Of a stretch of DNA of 64,000 nt, positions 63,396 to 64,000 are shown piece after piece (within the stretch, counting starts at the first letter, position 1; the number at the start of each line of letters is the position of its first letter). The translations under genes and the position numbers were made by a program. Origin of the DNA: Candidatus Enteromonas sp. (GTDB taxonomy: Bacteria > Bacillota_I > Bacilli_A > RFN20 > CAG-826); the NCBI GenBank assembly GCA_034171505.1, contig JAXFGC010000027.1, positions 15,745-79,744 on the forward strand. The letters run 5' to 3'. The notes under the pieces were generated by a model. That model worked only from the letters and a program-made list of their open reading frames with translations. It was not told the DNA's origin and ran no database searches.

Positions 63396-64000
63396 TTAAC
63401 TCGCCTCTTCCAAATCCATACGTAAATACGAAATGTCTTTGCCGAATGTTACTACGTTGTTGCCCTGCAAAATGTCAGTGGATCCCCAGTTTTTCGCGCC
63501 GCTGAATAATCCGAGGGATTCGTAAGCAGAAATCAAGGGTTCGGAGTAATTGTATTCGATGAGAACGCGGGCAGAGGTGGATCCTGCGGGGATGCTAGGA
63601 GAACGGAACTCCAAAGTGTTGCCATCCACCTTGTTGAAAGAACTCAGGTTTTCCGGGGTGCCCGTGGACGTGACAAAACAAGTTGGATCCACGATGTTGG
63701 AGTCAAACAAGGCTTTGCCGGTTGTGTAAATCGCATTTTCGTCCGAAGCGTTGACCGCGTCGGTGTAAAGGGTGGAGGCGTCCACGCTTACCCCGTCAAT
63801 TGAAATTAAAAGAGTTCGGAAGTAGATGATGTTGGAAATGTATTCGGCGACGTGGCCATTCCCATCATCAAAGGCAGAAGTGGCGACGACCCGGGAAACA
63901 ATGGTTTTCGGGGTTTCGATTTCCTTGACGAACGTGACGTCGACGGCAATGATTCGGTTGTTATTCTTATTACGTTCCAAAATGAAGGTGTCGTACTCTT
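63396..64000 (-). CDS. 3' part of another beta-rich secreted protein gene running out of the window
   Basis: The reading frame stays open to base 64000. The stop at 63396-63398 is 1 nt from the start of the downstream 1157-aa gene. Confidence 0.6.
   Translation of the reverse strand, partial: EYDTFILERNKNNNRIIAVDVTFVKEIETPKTIVSRVVATSAFDDGNGHVAEYISNIIYFRTLLISIDGVSVDASTLYTDAVNASDENAIYTTGKALFDSNIVDPTCFVTSTGTPENLSSFNKVDGNTLEFRSPSIPAGSTSARVLIEYNYSEPLISAYESLGLFSGAKNWGSTDILQGNNVVTFGKDISYLRMDLEEAS

Noticed and set aside
1-64000. Search for rRNA, CRISPR arrays, IS elements, integrases/recombinases, prophage blocks, and T-box, c-di-GMP or Mn riboswitches
   Set aside because: None were found by eye. 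mntP lacks the usual yybP-ykoY leader because it is translationally coupled to the SNF2 gene. The only mobile-element-like signals are the Fic remnant and the 30-nt direct repeats reported above.

Overview
This is a 64-kb bacterial chromosomal segment with about 50% GC by eye. It uses standard genetic code 11, because TGA acts as a stop in many ATGA start/stop overlaps. The three tRNA genes encode their CCA ends, and Shine-Dalgarno sites are strong (AAGGAGG / AAAGGGGG). The gene content looks Bacillota/Mollicutes-like, but I cannot place the lineage any closer.

Gene content in order:
- two tRNA-Leu genes flanking a decayed Fic remnant
- a GGDEF cyclase, a MATE exporter and two glycosyltransferases
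- an AraC-linked rhamnoside/glucoside locus (GH78, GPH symporter, GH3)
- tRNA-Arg, an ArsR regulator, and an AbrB / ABC-2 / DMT operon
- uxaC-eda-kdgK plus a GntR regulator
- MarR plus a fused MacB-like ABC transporter
- a tightly packed roughly 10-kb surface-glycan operon
- a THF riboswitch with folT
- an exoIII / SWIM / SNF2 / mntP gene string
- a small HEPN-like ORF and an M18 aminopeptidase
- an AT-rich nucleotidyltransferase + ROK module
- MscS and a HAD phosphatase
- an operon of unknown proteins, followed by a membrane-anchored protein with four YegP repeats
- udk, sbcDC, and two very large secreted proteins

I found no rRNA, CRISPR array, integrase or transposase.

Most notable observations:
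- The glycan operon joins CDP-3,6-dideoxyhexose genes to a ThDP enzyme. This predicts a yersiniose-like branched sugar, delivered by a polyprenyl-phosphate / GT-C type route.
- A 30-nt direct repeat (27/30 identical) brackets that region, and a third, more diverged copy sits at 1.3 kb.
- The SWIM / SNF2 / mntP genes are translationally coupled.
- The nucleotidyltransferase and ROK genes share an operator-like site.
- The unknown operon at 50.7-54.8 kb matches no family I recognise.

All functional calls come from reading motifs by eye. No database search was possible.
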